Of a DNA stretch of 64,000 nucleotides, positions 55,252 to 63,606 are shown in pieces (the first letter of the stretch is position 1; each line of letters starts with the position of its first letter). The position numbers and the translations under genes were made by a program. The notes beneath the pieces were generated by a model. That model was not told the origin of the DNA. It made no database searches and saw only the letters and a program-made list of their open reading frames with translations. This stretch comes from an uncultured Anaerolineaceae bacterium (GTDB lineage: Bacteria; Chloroflexota; Limnocylindria; Limnocylindrales; CSP1-4). The stretch lies in contig CAYYVV010000005.1 of assembly GCA_964475245.1 (NCBI GenBank), positions 19,620-83,619 of the forward strand, given 5' to 3'.

Positions 55252-56310
55252 CTAGCTCGGAGTGGTGAAGTCCATGGCCGCGAGGGCCGGGTCGGTCGGA
55301 CACATGGCCCACGCATCCTTGCCGGCCTTCTTCGCGAGGTACATCGCGTAGTCGGCAGCGCGCAGGAGGACTTCGGCCTCGGTTCCATTTTGGGGACGGA
55401 GACTGATGCCGATGCTCACCGTCACCTTCACCCTGCGCCGCTCCAAGGTCATCTGGCGTGCCAGGTTGCGGCGCAAGTTGGCTGCTACGACCGGCGCATG
55501 CTCGGCCTTGTCGAGGGTGTCGAGGATCACGACGAACTCGTCGCCGCCGATCCGCGCGACTGTGTCGCTCGAGCGGACGCTGGTCACCAGCCGCTCTGCG
55601 ACGGCGCGGAGCACCAGGTCGCCGAAGTCATGCCCGTGCGCGTCGTTGACCGCCTTGAAGCCGTCGAGATCGATGAACAGGACGCCGACGATGGTGTCGG
55701 AGCGCTTGGCCTGCAACAGGATGCGCTGGAGGCGGTCCATCATCAGGTTCCGGTTAGGCAGTCCGGTAAGGGTGTCATGGGTCGCGAGGTCCTGCAGATC
55801 GATTTCGGTCTGCTTGAGCTCGTTGATCTCGCGGGTAATGCCCATGAGGCCCACGACCAGGCCCGCTTCGTCGTGGAGCGGCAGCTTGCTCGTGAGCGTC
55901 CAGTTCAAACTTCCATCCTCGAGCAGTCGACTCTCCACGAGGCCGACGATGCCTTCGTCCGAGTCCATGATGCGCATGTCATCGAGGTAGGTCTGCTGCC
56001 CGAACGCCTCGCCGAAAAGCTCCCGATCGGTCTTGCCGATCACGTCGGCAGGGTTCGTGAAGCCGAGGTTCTGGGCGAGCCGCCGACTCACCCGCTGGAG
56101 GCGGCACTCGCGATCCTTGAAGTAGATGCTGTCCGACGTCGCGTCCATCAGGGCTCGGAAGTAGAAGTCGTCATCCAGGCGATTTAGGGGCCGCGCTGCT
56201 TCGACGCGTGCCGCGCTACGCGGAGCTGGGGCCGCCTTGCGTCGCGCATCGGACATGACCCATCGAGTATGCGCTGTCCTGTACGGCCAAGAAGCGAGAC
56301 CTCTTGACAT
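55252..56310 (-). CDS. PAS-domain diguanylate cyclase (GGDEF)
   Basis: The PAS region reads …SDSIYFKDRECRLQRVS…. The GGDEF domain reads …HDTLTGLPNRN…FIDLDGFKAVNDAHGHDFGD…ARIGGDEFVVIL…. Confidence 0.88.
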   Translation of the reverse strand: MSRGLASWPYRTAHTRWVMSDARRKAAPAPRSAARVEAARPLNRLDDDFYFRALMDATSDSIYFKDRECRLQRVSRRLAQNLGFTNPADVIGKTDRELFGEAFGQQTYLDDMRIMDSDEGIVGLVESRLLEDGSLNWTLTSKLPLHDEAGLVVGLMGITREINELKQTEIDLQDLATHDTLTGLPNRNLMMDRLQRILLQAKRSDTIVGVLFIDLDGFKAVNDAHGHDFGDLVLRAVAERLVTSVRSSDTVARIGGDEFVVILDTLDKAEHAPVVAANLRRNLARQMTLERRRVKVTVSIGISLRPQNGTEAEVLLRAADYAMYLAKKAGKDAWAMCPTDPALAAMDFTTPS

Positions 56311-56345
56311 GCGATAGCTAACGCTATATCGTTACCCATCGTTAG
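56304..56345 (+). promoter_or_regulatory. Promoter-like element and candidate PadR operator
   Basis: In the AT-richer divergent gap, TTGACA (56304-56309) is followed 15 nt later by TATATC. There is an inverted repeat TAACG-N6-CGTTA (56319-56334) and a third CGTTA at 56340-56344. Confidence 0.4.
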
Positions 56346-56369
56346 ATATCCACTCATGGAGGTCCCTCG

Positions 56370-56951
56370 ATGGGAACCAATAACGAATCAGCCGAGACGT
56401 TTGCCGGATGGCACGAGGCTCGGCATCTACACGGCATGCGTCAGCGCATGCGCGGCTTCGCCGGCGCCCCGGGCTTCGGTCCGGGTGCCTGGGGCGGCTT
56501 CGGTCGCGGCGGCGGCGGCCGGATGCGCCGCGGCGGCATGCAGGTCGCGATCCTCGCGCTGCTCGATGAGCAGCCGATGCACGGCTACCAGATCATCCAG
56601 GAGCTGGCCACCCGCAGCGGCGGTGCGTGGACTCCGGGCGCAGGGTCGGTCTACCCGGCGCTCGAGCAGATGGAGGCACTCGGGCTGATCACCGGCGATC
56701 AGCAGGAAGACAAGCGCGTCTACACGATCACCGACAAGGGGCGCCAACTCGCCCAGCGCACGCACCATCGCGCGCCATGGGACGAGGCCGCTGAAGCGTC
56801 GGGCCCGCGAACCGCACTGCGCGAGTCGGTCTTCGCCCTGCTCCACGCCTCGCAGCAGGTGGGCAAGACGGGCACCGACGAGCAGGTCGCCAAGGCTATC
56901 GAGCTGATCGACCAGGCACGCAAGCAGGTTTACCTGATCCTGGCCGAGTAG
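56370..56951 (+). CDS. PadR-family transcriptional regulator
   Basis: GGAGG lies 8 nt upstream. It reads …ILALLDEQPMHGYQIIQELATRSGGAWTPGAGSVYPALEQMEALGLI…KRVYTITDKGR…. Confidence 0.85.
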   Translation: MGTNNESAETFAGWHEARHLHGMRQRMRGFAGAPGFGPGAWGGFGRGGGGRMRRGGMQVAILALLDEQPMHGYQIIQELATRSGGAWTPGAGSVYPALEQMEALGLITGDQQEDKRVYTITDKGRQLAQRTHHRAPWDEAAEASGPRTALRESVFALLHASQQVGKTGTDEQVAKAIELIDQARKQVYLILAE

Positions 56952-56956
56952 CAGCC

Positions 56957-58201
56957 ATGACCAATCAACCCAGCAGGGCGGCCTTGCCCGTCCTGCTGGC
57001 CATCACCTTCCTGAGCGCCGTGGGCATGTCCGTCGTGTTCCCGGTGCTCCCCTTCGTCGTCCAGGGCCTGGTGCCCAACACGATGTCGGTCGCGTTGTGG
57101 GTCGGCGTTCTCGAGTCCGTCTATGCCGGCTGTGCTTTGTTCGCCGCGCCCGTGCTCGGATCCCTTTCTGATCGACTCGGCAGGCGGCCCATCCTGATCG
57201 TCAGCCTCATCGGCTCAGCCCTCGGCTGGCTGCTGTTCGGCATCGGCGGCTCGCTGGCCGTGCTGCTGATCGCGCGCATCGTCGACGGCGTCACCGCCGG
57301 CGACATGTCGGTCGCGTTCGCCTACATGGCGGACATCAGCGAACCGAAAGATCGCGCGAAGCGATTTGGCCTGGCCGGTGCAGTCTCCGGCGTCGGCTTC
57401 CTGGTCGGCCCGGCAATCGGTGGCCTGCTCGCCAGCGTCAACGTGGCCGCGCCCGTGTTCCTGGCGGCCGGCGCGAGTGCGCTGACGGCTGTGATCGCAC
57501 TCGTGGCACTGCCGGAAAGCCTCGCCGCGGAAAACCGGACGGCGGCAGAACCGTTCAAGCTCGCCAGCCTCAACCCATTCGGGTCCATGGCGTCGCAGCT
57601 GCGCCGGCCGACCCTGCGCCCGCTCCTGATTGGCTTCGCCCTGCTCAGCGTGACGCTCACCGTGCTGGCCAGCAACTTCCCCGTGTTCGCGCTGGACGTC
57701 GTAGGTTGGGAGCCGATCCAGATCGGCCTGCTGCTCACCGGCGTGGGCCTGGTCGACATCATCGTTCAGGGCGGCCTGCTCGGACTGATGATCAAGACCG
57801 CCGGCGAACGTGGCGTGGTGCTCGGCGGCATGATCGGCGTGGCCGTCTCATCGGCCGCCATCGTGGCCGTGGCCCTGGTAATTCCAAATCCAATCGTGCT
57901 GATCGTCGCCGGCCTGACATTCGCCACGGCCGAGGGAGCGACGACTGCCACTCTCCAGGGCCTGCTGTCGAACGCGGTCGAGGCTGACGAGCAGGGCGCG
58001 CTCGCGGGTGGCGTTTCAGCGATCGGATCGGCCATCCAGTTGGTCGGACCGATCGGCGCCGGACTGCTCTTTGCGCAAGTCGGGCCGGCCGCGCCCTACG
58101 TGGTCAGCGTGATCGCCGCATTGCTCGCGGTTGTCCTTGTCCGCTCACGACTCGGCCTGCGACCAAGCGCCGCCGTGCCCGGATCGCTCGCGACAGCGTG
58201 A
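56957..58201 (+). CDS. MFS transporter (DHA1 / TetA-like efflux pump)
   Basis: It has 12 TM helices and motif A GSLSDRLGRRPILIV. It lies immediately downstream of padR. Confidence 0.85.
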   Translation: MTNQPSRAALPVLLAITFLSAVGMSVVFPVLPFVVQGLVPNTMSVALWVGVLESVYAGCALFAAPVLGSLSDRLGRRPILIVSLIGSALGWLLFGIGGSLAVLLIARIVDGVTAGDMSVAFAYMADISEPKDRAKRFGLAGAVSGVGFLVGPAIGGLLASVNVAAPVFLAAGASALTAVIALVALPESLAAENRTAAEPFKLASLNPFGSMASQLRRPTLRPLLIGFALLSVTLTVLASNFPVFALDVVGWEPIQIGLLLTGVGLVDIIVQGGLLGLMIKTAGERGVVLGGMIGVAVSSAAIVAVALVIPNPIVLIVAGLTFATAEGATTATLQGLLSNAVEADEQGALAGGVSAIGSAIQLVGPIGAGLLFAQVGPAAPYVVSVIAALLAVVLVRSRLGLRPSAAVPGSLATA

Positions 58202-58205
58202 GTGG

Positions 58206-58232
58206 TGATGTCATAGTTGACGAATGACATCA
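58206..58232 (+). promoter_or_regulatory. Perfect 9-bp inverted repeat upstream of the RHH-Fic module (candidate operator, or the MFS terminator)
   Basis: It reads TGATGTCAT-AGTTGACGA-ATGACATCA, with TTGACG in the spacer. CATAGTT is repeated at 58212 and 58240. Confidence 0.4.
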
Positions 58233-58251
58233 TCCATCGCATAGTTCGGGC

Positions 58252-58563
58252 ATGAGCGGCTTTCCCCTCCGGTTCACCAACCCAAACACTCGTGAGCAGC
58301 TTCGCATCGTGGCTGAGCAGTTGGGCACGTCCATGAACCGGCTCGCTGAGGGCATGATCGAGCGAGAACTCGCGGCGATCAGCCTCGCTCTCGAGGACGA
58401 GCTCGAAGACACGCTCCGGCGACTACGCGAGCTTCGCCCCAGTGATATCGAGGCTTCGCTCGTGGCCTGGGCTGAGGCCGAGGGGCAGGCCGACCCGATC
58501 TCGGCTCAAATGGCCGTCCATCACGACGATCCGTACGAGATAGCAGCCGCTTTCGGCCGCTGA
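58252..58563 (+). CDS. Small ribbon-helix-helix-like protein (candidate antitoxin/regulator of the downstream Fic gene)
   Basis: 103 aa: the N-terminal FPLRFTNPNTREQLRIVAEQLGTSMNRLAEGMIEREL fits a beta-strand/helix/helix pattern. The C-terminus is acidic. Its stop overlaps the Fic ATG by 1 nt. Confidence 0.55.
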   Translation: MSGFPLRFTNPNTREQLRIVAEQLGTSMNRLAEGMIERELAAISLALEDELEDTLRRLRELRPSDIEASLVAWAEAEGQADPISAQMAVHHDDPYEIAAAFGR

Positions 58564-59201
58564 TGCCGACGCCGTGGAATGATGACCCACCGGCATCACT
58601 GCCCCTGATCGCTCAGAACGTGGCGGTCGTAGCGACAACCATCCGGGCACAAGCCTCGGCACGGGTCCAGCCCACCACCGCTCTCGCCCAGGACTGGCAC
58701 CGCATGATCTATCAAGGCGTGCCGCTGCCGGTCGCCTACTACGCGGGAGAGATTCGTGACAGTGATCCGGCATATCCCGAGCTGATCGGGTATGACGTAG
58801 TCGTCGCAGGGCTGCCCGGAGTCGACCACACCCAAGTTCCCGGCGAGCTGACGACGTTTGAGTCCGGCTTGCGAGCTTTGTGCGAGACCTTCGATCGGAC
58901 CATTTCCTCGCGCACAGCACCGACTACGGCCTCAGCTCTCGCTGGCGTCATCCGCTTCTCGGCGTTTGCTCACGGCGAATGGGTGCGCATCCATCCATTC
59001 GCCAACGGGAATGGCAGGGTGGCGCGCTGCTGGGCCAACTTCATCGCCTTGCGCTACGGACTGCCTGCCATCGCGACGATCAAGCCACGACCCGCCGACT
59101 TGCTCTATGGCCAGGCCGCACGCGCCTCGATGCTTGGAAACCACGGGCCGACACAAGCGCTGTTCGCAGCGTTCCTTTCGGCGGCCATAGCCGGTCCGTG
59201 A
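58563..59201 (+). CDS. Fic-domain protein (AMPylase-type toxin family)
   Basis: The Fic motif HPFANGNGRVAR lies at nt 58992-59027 (consensus HxFx[D/E]GNGRxxR, here with Asn at the D/E position). Confidence 0.8.
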   Translation: MPTPWNDDPPASLPLIAQNVAVVATTIRAQASARVQPTTALAQDWHRMIYQGVPLPVAYYAGEIRDSDPAYPELIGYDVVVAGLPGVDHTQVPGELTTFESGLRALCETFDRTISSRTAPTTASALAGVIRFSAFAHGEWVRIHPFANGNGRVARCWANFIALRYGLPAIATIKPRPADLLYGQAARASMLGNHGPTQALFAAFLSAAIAGP

Positions 59202-59239
59202 GACGGACTGAGACGTGCCCGATCTGGTGCGGACTGAGA

Positions 59240-59285
59240 GGGCCGACTGGGATTCGAACCCAGGACACGAGGATTAAAAGTCTCG
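59240..59285 (-). other. 3'-half fragment of a tRNA-Lys(UUU) gene (anticodon arm to acceptor end), candidate att site
   Basis: The minus strand reads CGAGACTTTTAATCCTCGTGTCCTGGGTTCGAATCCCAGTCGGCCC. It has a good T-arm and 3' acceptor strand and an anticodon loop CTTTTAA. There is no D-arm or 5' acceptor strand upstream, and no encoded CCA. Confidence 0.6.
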
Positions 59286-59697
59286 CCGAAGAGCGTGCAC
59301 CGGGTCGCTCAGGACCCTACCGCGTCCACCCCACGCGCGCCTCGCGTCCATCGGCTCCACCGCCTCAGACCGCGTTGCACCGCCGTGGCTGTCAACGTGG
59401 CTGTCACGTCCTCGCGCTCGGACACTATGACCACATCGTGTCTCGCCGCTGGTCAAGTACGAGAGCGGTCGGATGCGCGACGCGATCGAGCAGCGCACAA
59501 ACGGTTAACAGTCGCCCGTTTCAGACAACTTCTTGAGCATGAAACGAGCTCACTGCCGCGGCTTACGTAGTCACTCACTCAGTCACCGAGTCGGCCATGG
59601 GTTCGTTGCCCCGCATCGTTTGAATCACTCGCACGCGCGCGCACCCAGCGCTCTCAAGAGCGGCACCTTCCGGCCGCTGTCACGCGATCCGCTGTCG

Positions 59698-60960
59698 ATG
59701 AAGTTACTCGCGCCGGGCCACAATGTGCTCATGCCCGAGCCCGATTTGCTCTTCTCGGCCGGCCGGCTTGCCGATGTTCTCGACAACCAGGCACGACTAG
59801 TCGACGCCGCGGCCCAGGCGATCCCGGCGGAGCACGCGCTAGCGCGAAGCATCGATGAGTTGGCCGCGGAACTAGTCGAGCGCTACGAGATCGAGCCGGT
59901 CGTGCTCGATTGGAGCGGGGTGACTTTGTCCTCTGACGAGGTGAAGATCGACGTGACCTACGACCCGCGGCGCGGATTCTTCGGCGACGAGGGGCGGGTC
60001 CACGTTGCTGGCACGCGCCTGACATTTCACGTTCCCCTCAGCGGCGAATCCAAGCTCCTCAAGCTCCGGCCGTCGCACTACACCAGCAACCCACCTCGCG
60101 GCGCCGTCAGCGCGACGGAGTTGCGCCTGGTCTCGGAGGCGCCCGTGGACAGCCGCGATGGACTGAAGGGTGTCCTTGAGGCCGAGGCCGACAACGTCAG
60201 GCGCTACCTCGACTTCGCGAGCGCGGACCTGACGACGTGGAGCGCCACGCTGCCAAAGATGGCCCACGACGGAGTCGAGCATCGAAGGCAGCAGGTCATC
60301 GCCGACCGCGAGTTCGTGGCTTCGATCGGCGTTCCGCTCCGCAGACGTGAGGACGCGCGACCGACCTACGCAGTGGCGCCGATTCGCCGTCAAGTCACCA
60401 AGCCGCCAACGAGCGGACACCGGCCGAGCGCGCCCGAGCCCTTCCTGCCGAACGAGGAATACGAACGCATCCTCGAGATCTGCCGTGGCATGGCCACCGT
60501 GCTCGAGCGTAGCCCGAGGGCATTCGCCCGCGCCGGCGAGCAAGCGATCCGGGACCACTTCCTGGTGCAGCTCAACGGTCAGTACCAGGGCGAAGCCATG
60601 GGCGAGACATTCAACAACGAGGGCAAGACCGACATCCTCGTGCGCGAGAAGGGCAGCAACCTCTTCATCGGCGAGTGCAAGTTCTGGGATGGGCCGCAGA
60701 ACCTCTCGGACACTGTTGACCAGATCCTCCGCTACCTGACCTGGCGCGACACGAAGAGCGCGATCTTCCTGTTCAACTGCGGGCGCGAGCTGACGAAGGT
60801 GCTGGCCGCGATCAGTCCGACTATCGCCGAACACCCCAGCTTCGTGCGTGAGATCGACTATGGCACTGAGACCGACCGACGGTTTGTGCTCCGACACCGC
60901 GACGATCCAGAGCGCGAGATGACGCTCACGGTGCTCACCTTCGAGGTGCCCACCGTCTAG
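59698..60960 (+). CDS. Hypothetical protein with an unknown N-terminal domain (~280 aa) and a C-terminal PD-(D/E)xK nuclease-like domain
   Basis: The C-terminus reads …FNNEGKTDILVREKGSNLFIGECKFWDGPQNLSDTVDQILRYLTWRDTKSAIFLFN… (D-x13-E-x-K then Q-x3-Y; nt 60631-60681). An alternative ATG lies at 59731. Codon usage is atypical (CTA, TTG, TTA). Confidence 0.6.
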   Translation: MKLLAPGHNVLMPEPDLLFSAGRLADVLDNQARLVDAAAQAIPAEHALARSIDELAAELVERYEIEPVVLDWSGVTLSSDEVKIDVTYDPRRGFFGDEGRVHVAGTRLTFHVPLSGESKLLKLRPSHYTSNPPRGAVSATELRLVSEAPVDSRDGLKGVLEAEADNVRRYLDFASADLTTWSATLPKMAHDGVEHRRQQVIADREFVASIGVPLRRREDARPTYAVAPIRRQVTKPPTSGHRPSAPEPFLPNEEYERILEICRGMATVLERSPRAFARAGEQAIRDHFLVQLNGQYQGEAMGETFNNEGKTDILVREKGSNLFIGECKFWDGPQNLSDTVDQILRYLTWRDTKSAIFLFNCGRELTKVLAAISPTIAEHPSFVREIDYGTETDRRFVLRHRDDPEREMTLTVLTFEVPTV

Positions 60961-61140
60961 TGCCAAACTCGCTGCGGTGTGCCGCGCAACGTGGCAGCAT
61001 ATGGGCGCCCAAGTTGCTAGGTCAGCACGTGCCAGACTTCGCTGCGGACCGGACCGGTTGTTGAACCCGAGGTCCGTGGCGAAGGCGATAACTGGCTCTG
61101 GGCGATTTCGCTTAGCAGCCGCGCTGGTTCAGAGCGGCCG

Positions 61141-63606
61141 TTGAGCAATCTTGTACCGCGCTTGGTAACGAGTGGACCGTGCCACAGCTCTGTTTCGCCG
61201 GGAGGCTTGGAATTGGGTAAGTCAATCGGGCAGGTCAGCAAGCTGTCGTCCGAAGCCCTGAAGGTTGCTCAGACCGACACGGTCATTCGTTCCAGATCGA
61301 GCGGATCCTCCGTCGGCCGCGGTCAATTGGTGGTGCTCTCAACTCCCGCGGCCTTCGCCCGCCTGCAGGCCCTGCACCGACGTGCAATAGCGCAATCCAC
61401 GGGCATTCGTGCCGTGGACAAGCTCGATCCAGTCAGCGCACGAGGCTGGTACGAGCGGGCGCTGGCCGCGGCGCTGGGCCATCTCGTTGTCGTTGACGAG
61501 TCCACACGTGCACGGATAGGTAATTCGCTCGCTCGCTACTGCGCGCAGGTCGGCAACTACGACGGCCTCGAGAGTCTGTTGTTAAGCATCGCGATCGATG
61601 CGCTTGCGACGGCGCCCACGAGTCATGAGCCGATTGTCGGCCGCCAGCGCTCCAGCCAGGCGACGCCGATCCGTTCCGGCAAACCGAGACTTACAAGTGC
61701 ATCCAGGGTCGCAACGATGCAGCAAGTATTGAGCAGCCAAAGGTTTCCATCCACGCTGGGTGGCGGCTTGTCCGCTTCGGTGATCGCGCTATTTGAAGAA
61801 GCCGAGCTGTACACGGTTTCACAGACCGCCGGCGAATCTCTAGCCGCGCAACTCGGCGTTGCTATACCCGGACAGTCGGCGGTTCAGAATATTTCGGGAC
61901 AGTTGGCGGTTCTGGCCGGTGCAGATGCCGACGGCCAATCCACGTGTCAAAAGGTAGTTGCCGGTGCGGGCGCAGTCGTGACGCTCGCCGTTCTTCTCGG
62001 AAAGACTGCCGTTGACACGGCGGGAGCGGCCGAGACTGGGAACACCAGCGGCGTGGAGCAAGACGAAGAGATCGCGGAGAATCTGCAGCCAGCTACCAAG
62101 GAACTGCTCGGCCCCGCCATCACCCTGGTGAGCAGCGTCGTCTGCGGTCTGGTTTCCGCGGACAGTCCAACGAACACGACGACAACCACGAGCACGCTCC
62201 CAGGCGGCACAACGGTTACCGTCGTTGCAACTACCTCTGGCGGAAGGACGACGGTGGTGACAACATCCGTCGCGCCGGATGGGAGTACGGCAGTCGAACA
62301 AGTGAACCCCGACGGCTCGATCTCATTCACTCAGACCGGATCCGACGGGACGGTCACGAAGGTCGTCGCAGGCGCAGACGGAAGTTACGGCGTGACCGTG
62401 ACGACGGCTGATGGGACGACTACGGGCGAATGGACAGATGCCTCGGGCAACTCAGGCACCTGGACCCAGCAAGTGGGCGGTAGTTACCAGGCGACACAGA
62501 CTGGAACGGATGGCACGGCCGTGTACACGACTTTCGACGCATCGACACGCACGACTACGACGACGCAGTTGACGCCGGACGGGGCGACAACAACGTGGGT
62601 AGATAACGCCGATGGCACTTCGATCACGACTCAGGTCAATGCCGACGGCACGCAGACACAGTGGACGACGGACGCGAGTGGGACGGTCGCCACGATCACG
62701 GCCGCGGATGGCTCCACCACGAGCTTCACATTCGACAAGAACGGCAATCAAACCTCCGGGCCCAACACTTCCAGCGCCGATCAAACCTCGCCGTCGCCGT
62801 CAGCACCCGAGACACCTGCAGCCGATCCAGGTGCGGCGACGGGCAATGATTCGGGCAACGGCACTTCCACGACTTCCGGTGGCACGGACCTCAGCAGCAA
62901 CGACCCAGGTAGTGACGCGAGCGCACAGCAGTGCATTGACCAAAGCGGGTCAACGGAGAACGACGGCGGCTTCATCGCGGGCGATTGGGACGATGGCTAC
63001 GGCGATGACTCCGGGCCAATTCGCATCTCCTTCTCAAATGGCGGTGACCCGGCCGACACAGGTAATGCATCCAGAGATACTGGTGGGCTAAATCAAGGAA
63101 CGATCGGCTTTGGCGAAGGCATCGGGGACATCGACAAGTCGGCGGGCGATGCGAAGCTGAACGCGTCATTGCTGACGAGCGGCGTTAGCGACCCCTCCAC
63201 GGAGGATGATTCCGGTAAGTCCAGTGGCGGCGGACTGCGCGGACCTGCGCCAGCAGCGTTCAGTGCGGCTGTTCCAGGCATTCCGGCCAGCGCCCTCCTA
63301 GCCGGGCAGTTAGCTGGGACCAACGGCAGCTACAAAATCTCCGATACACCCACGATCAGCGCAGACGGCTCTATCAAGACCGGATACACAGCTTCGTATG
63401 CGGCCATGAAAGGCATCGGAGATACGGCCAGCGTCGCCAACATAGTCAGCGCGGCTAAGGCCACAACCGTCGTCTCGGTCCTGCAGGCAAACGCGGCTCT
63501 CGCGCAGTCGAAGGTCGGCGCAGCCATCTCCGGCAAGAACCTTGGCGGTCTCGCCTCGCTCACCGTCACCGGGGTAGCCATAGGCGTCAATCTCCGAGGC
63601 GGCTGA
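61141..63606 (+). CDS. Large hypothetical protein: helical N-domain, two hydrophobic segments, Thr/Gly/Asp-rich degenerate YD-like repeats, acidic Gly/Asp region, Ala/Ser-rich C-terminus (start uncertain)
   Basis: The 821-aa ORF has DG(S/T) recurring every ~10-12 aa (…WTDASGNSGTWTQ…WVDNADGTSITTQ…FTFDKNGNQTS…). There is no signal peptide at the TTG start. G+C is lower than in the core genes. Confidence 0.5.
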   Translation: MSNLVPRLVTSGPCHSSVSPGGLELGKSIGQVSKLSSEALKVAQTDTVIRSRSSGSSVGRGQLVVLSTPAAFARLQALHRRAIAQSTGIRAVDKLDPVSARGWYERALAAALGHLVVVDESTRARIGNSLARYCAQVGNYDGLESLLLSIAIDALATAPTSHEPIVGRQRSSQATPIRSGKPRLTSASRVATMQQVLSSQRFPSTLGGGLSASVIALFEEAELYTVSQTAGESLAAQLGVAIPGQSAVQNISGQLAVLAGADADGQSTCQKVVAGAGAVVTLAVLLGKTAVDTAGAAETGNTSGVEQDEEIAENLQPATKELLGPAITLVSSVVCGLVSADSPTNTTTTTSTLPGGTTVTVVATTSGGRTTVVTTSVAPDGSTAVEQVNPDGSISFTQTGSDGTVTKVVAGADGSYGVTVTTADGTTTGEWTDASGNSGTWTQQVGGSYQATQTGTDGTAVYTTFDASTRTTTTTQLTPDGATTTWVDNADGTSITTQVNADGTQTQWTTDASGTVATITAADGSTTSFTFDKNGNQTSGPNTSSADQTSPSPSAPETPAADPGAATGNDSGNGTSTTSGGTDLSSNDPGSDASAQQCIDQSGSTENDGGFIAGDWDDGYGDDSGPIRISFSNGGDPADTGNASRDTGGLNQGTIGFGEGIGDIDKSAGDAKLNASLLTSGVSDPSTEDDSGKSSGGGLRGPAPAAFSAAVPGIPASALLAGQLAGTNGSYKISDTPTISADGSIKTGYTASYAAMKGIGDTASVANIVSAAKATTVVSVLQANAALAQSKVGAAISGKNLGGLASLTVTGVAIGVNLRGG

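Noticed and set aside
59286-59697. A possible full-length tRNA or small regulatory gene immediately right of the tRNA-Lys fragment, and the ORFs 59274..59498(-) and 59295..59570(+).
   Set aside because: No D-arm or 5' acceptor strand can be folded, and the ORFs are Arg-rich and overlap each other. The region is treated as the island-proximal non-coding/promoter region.
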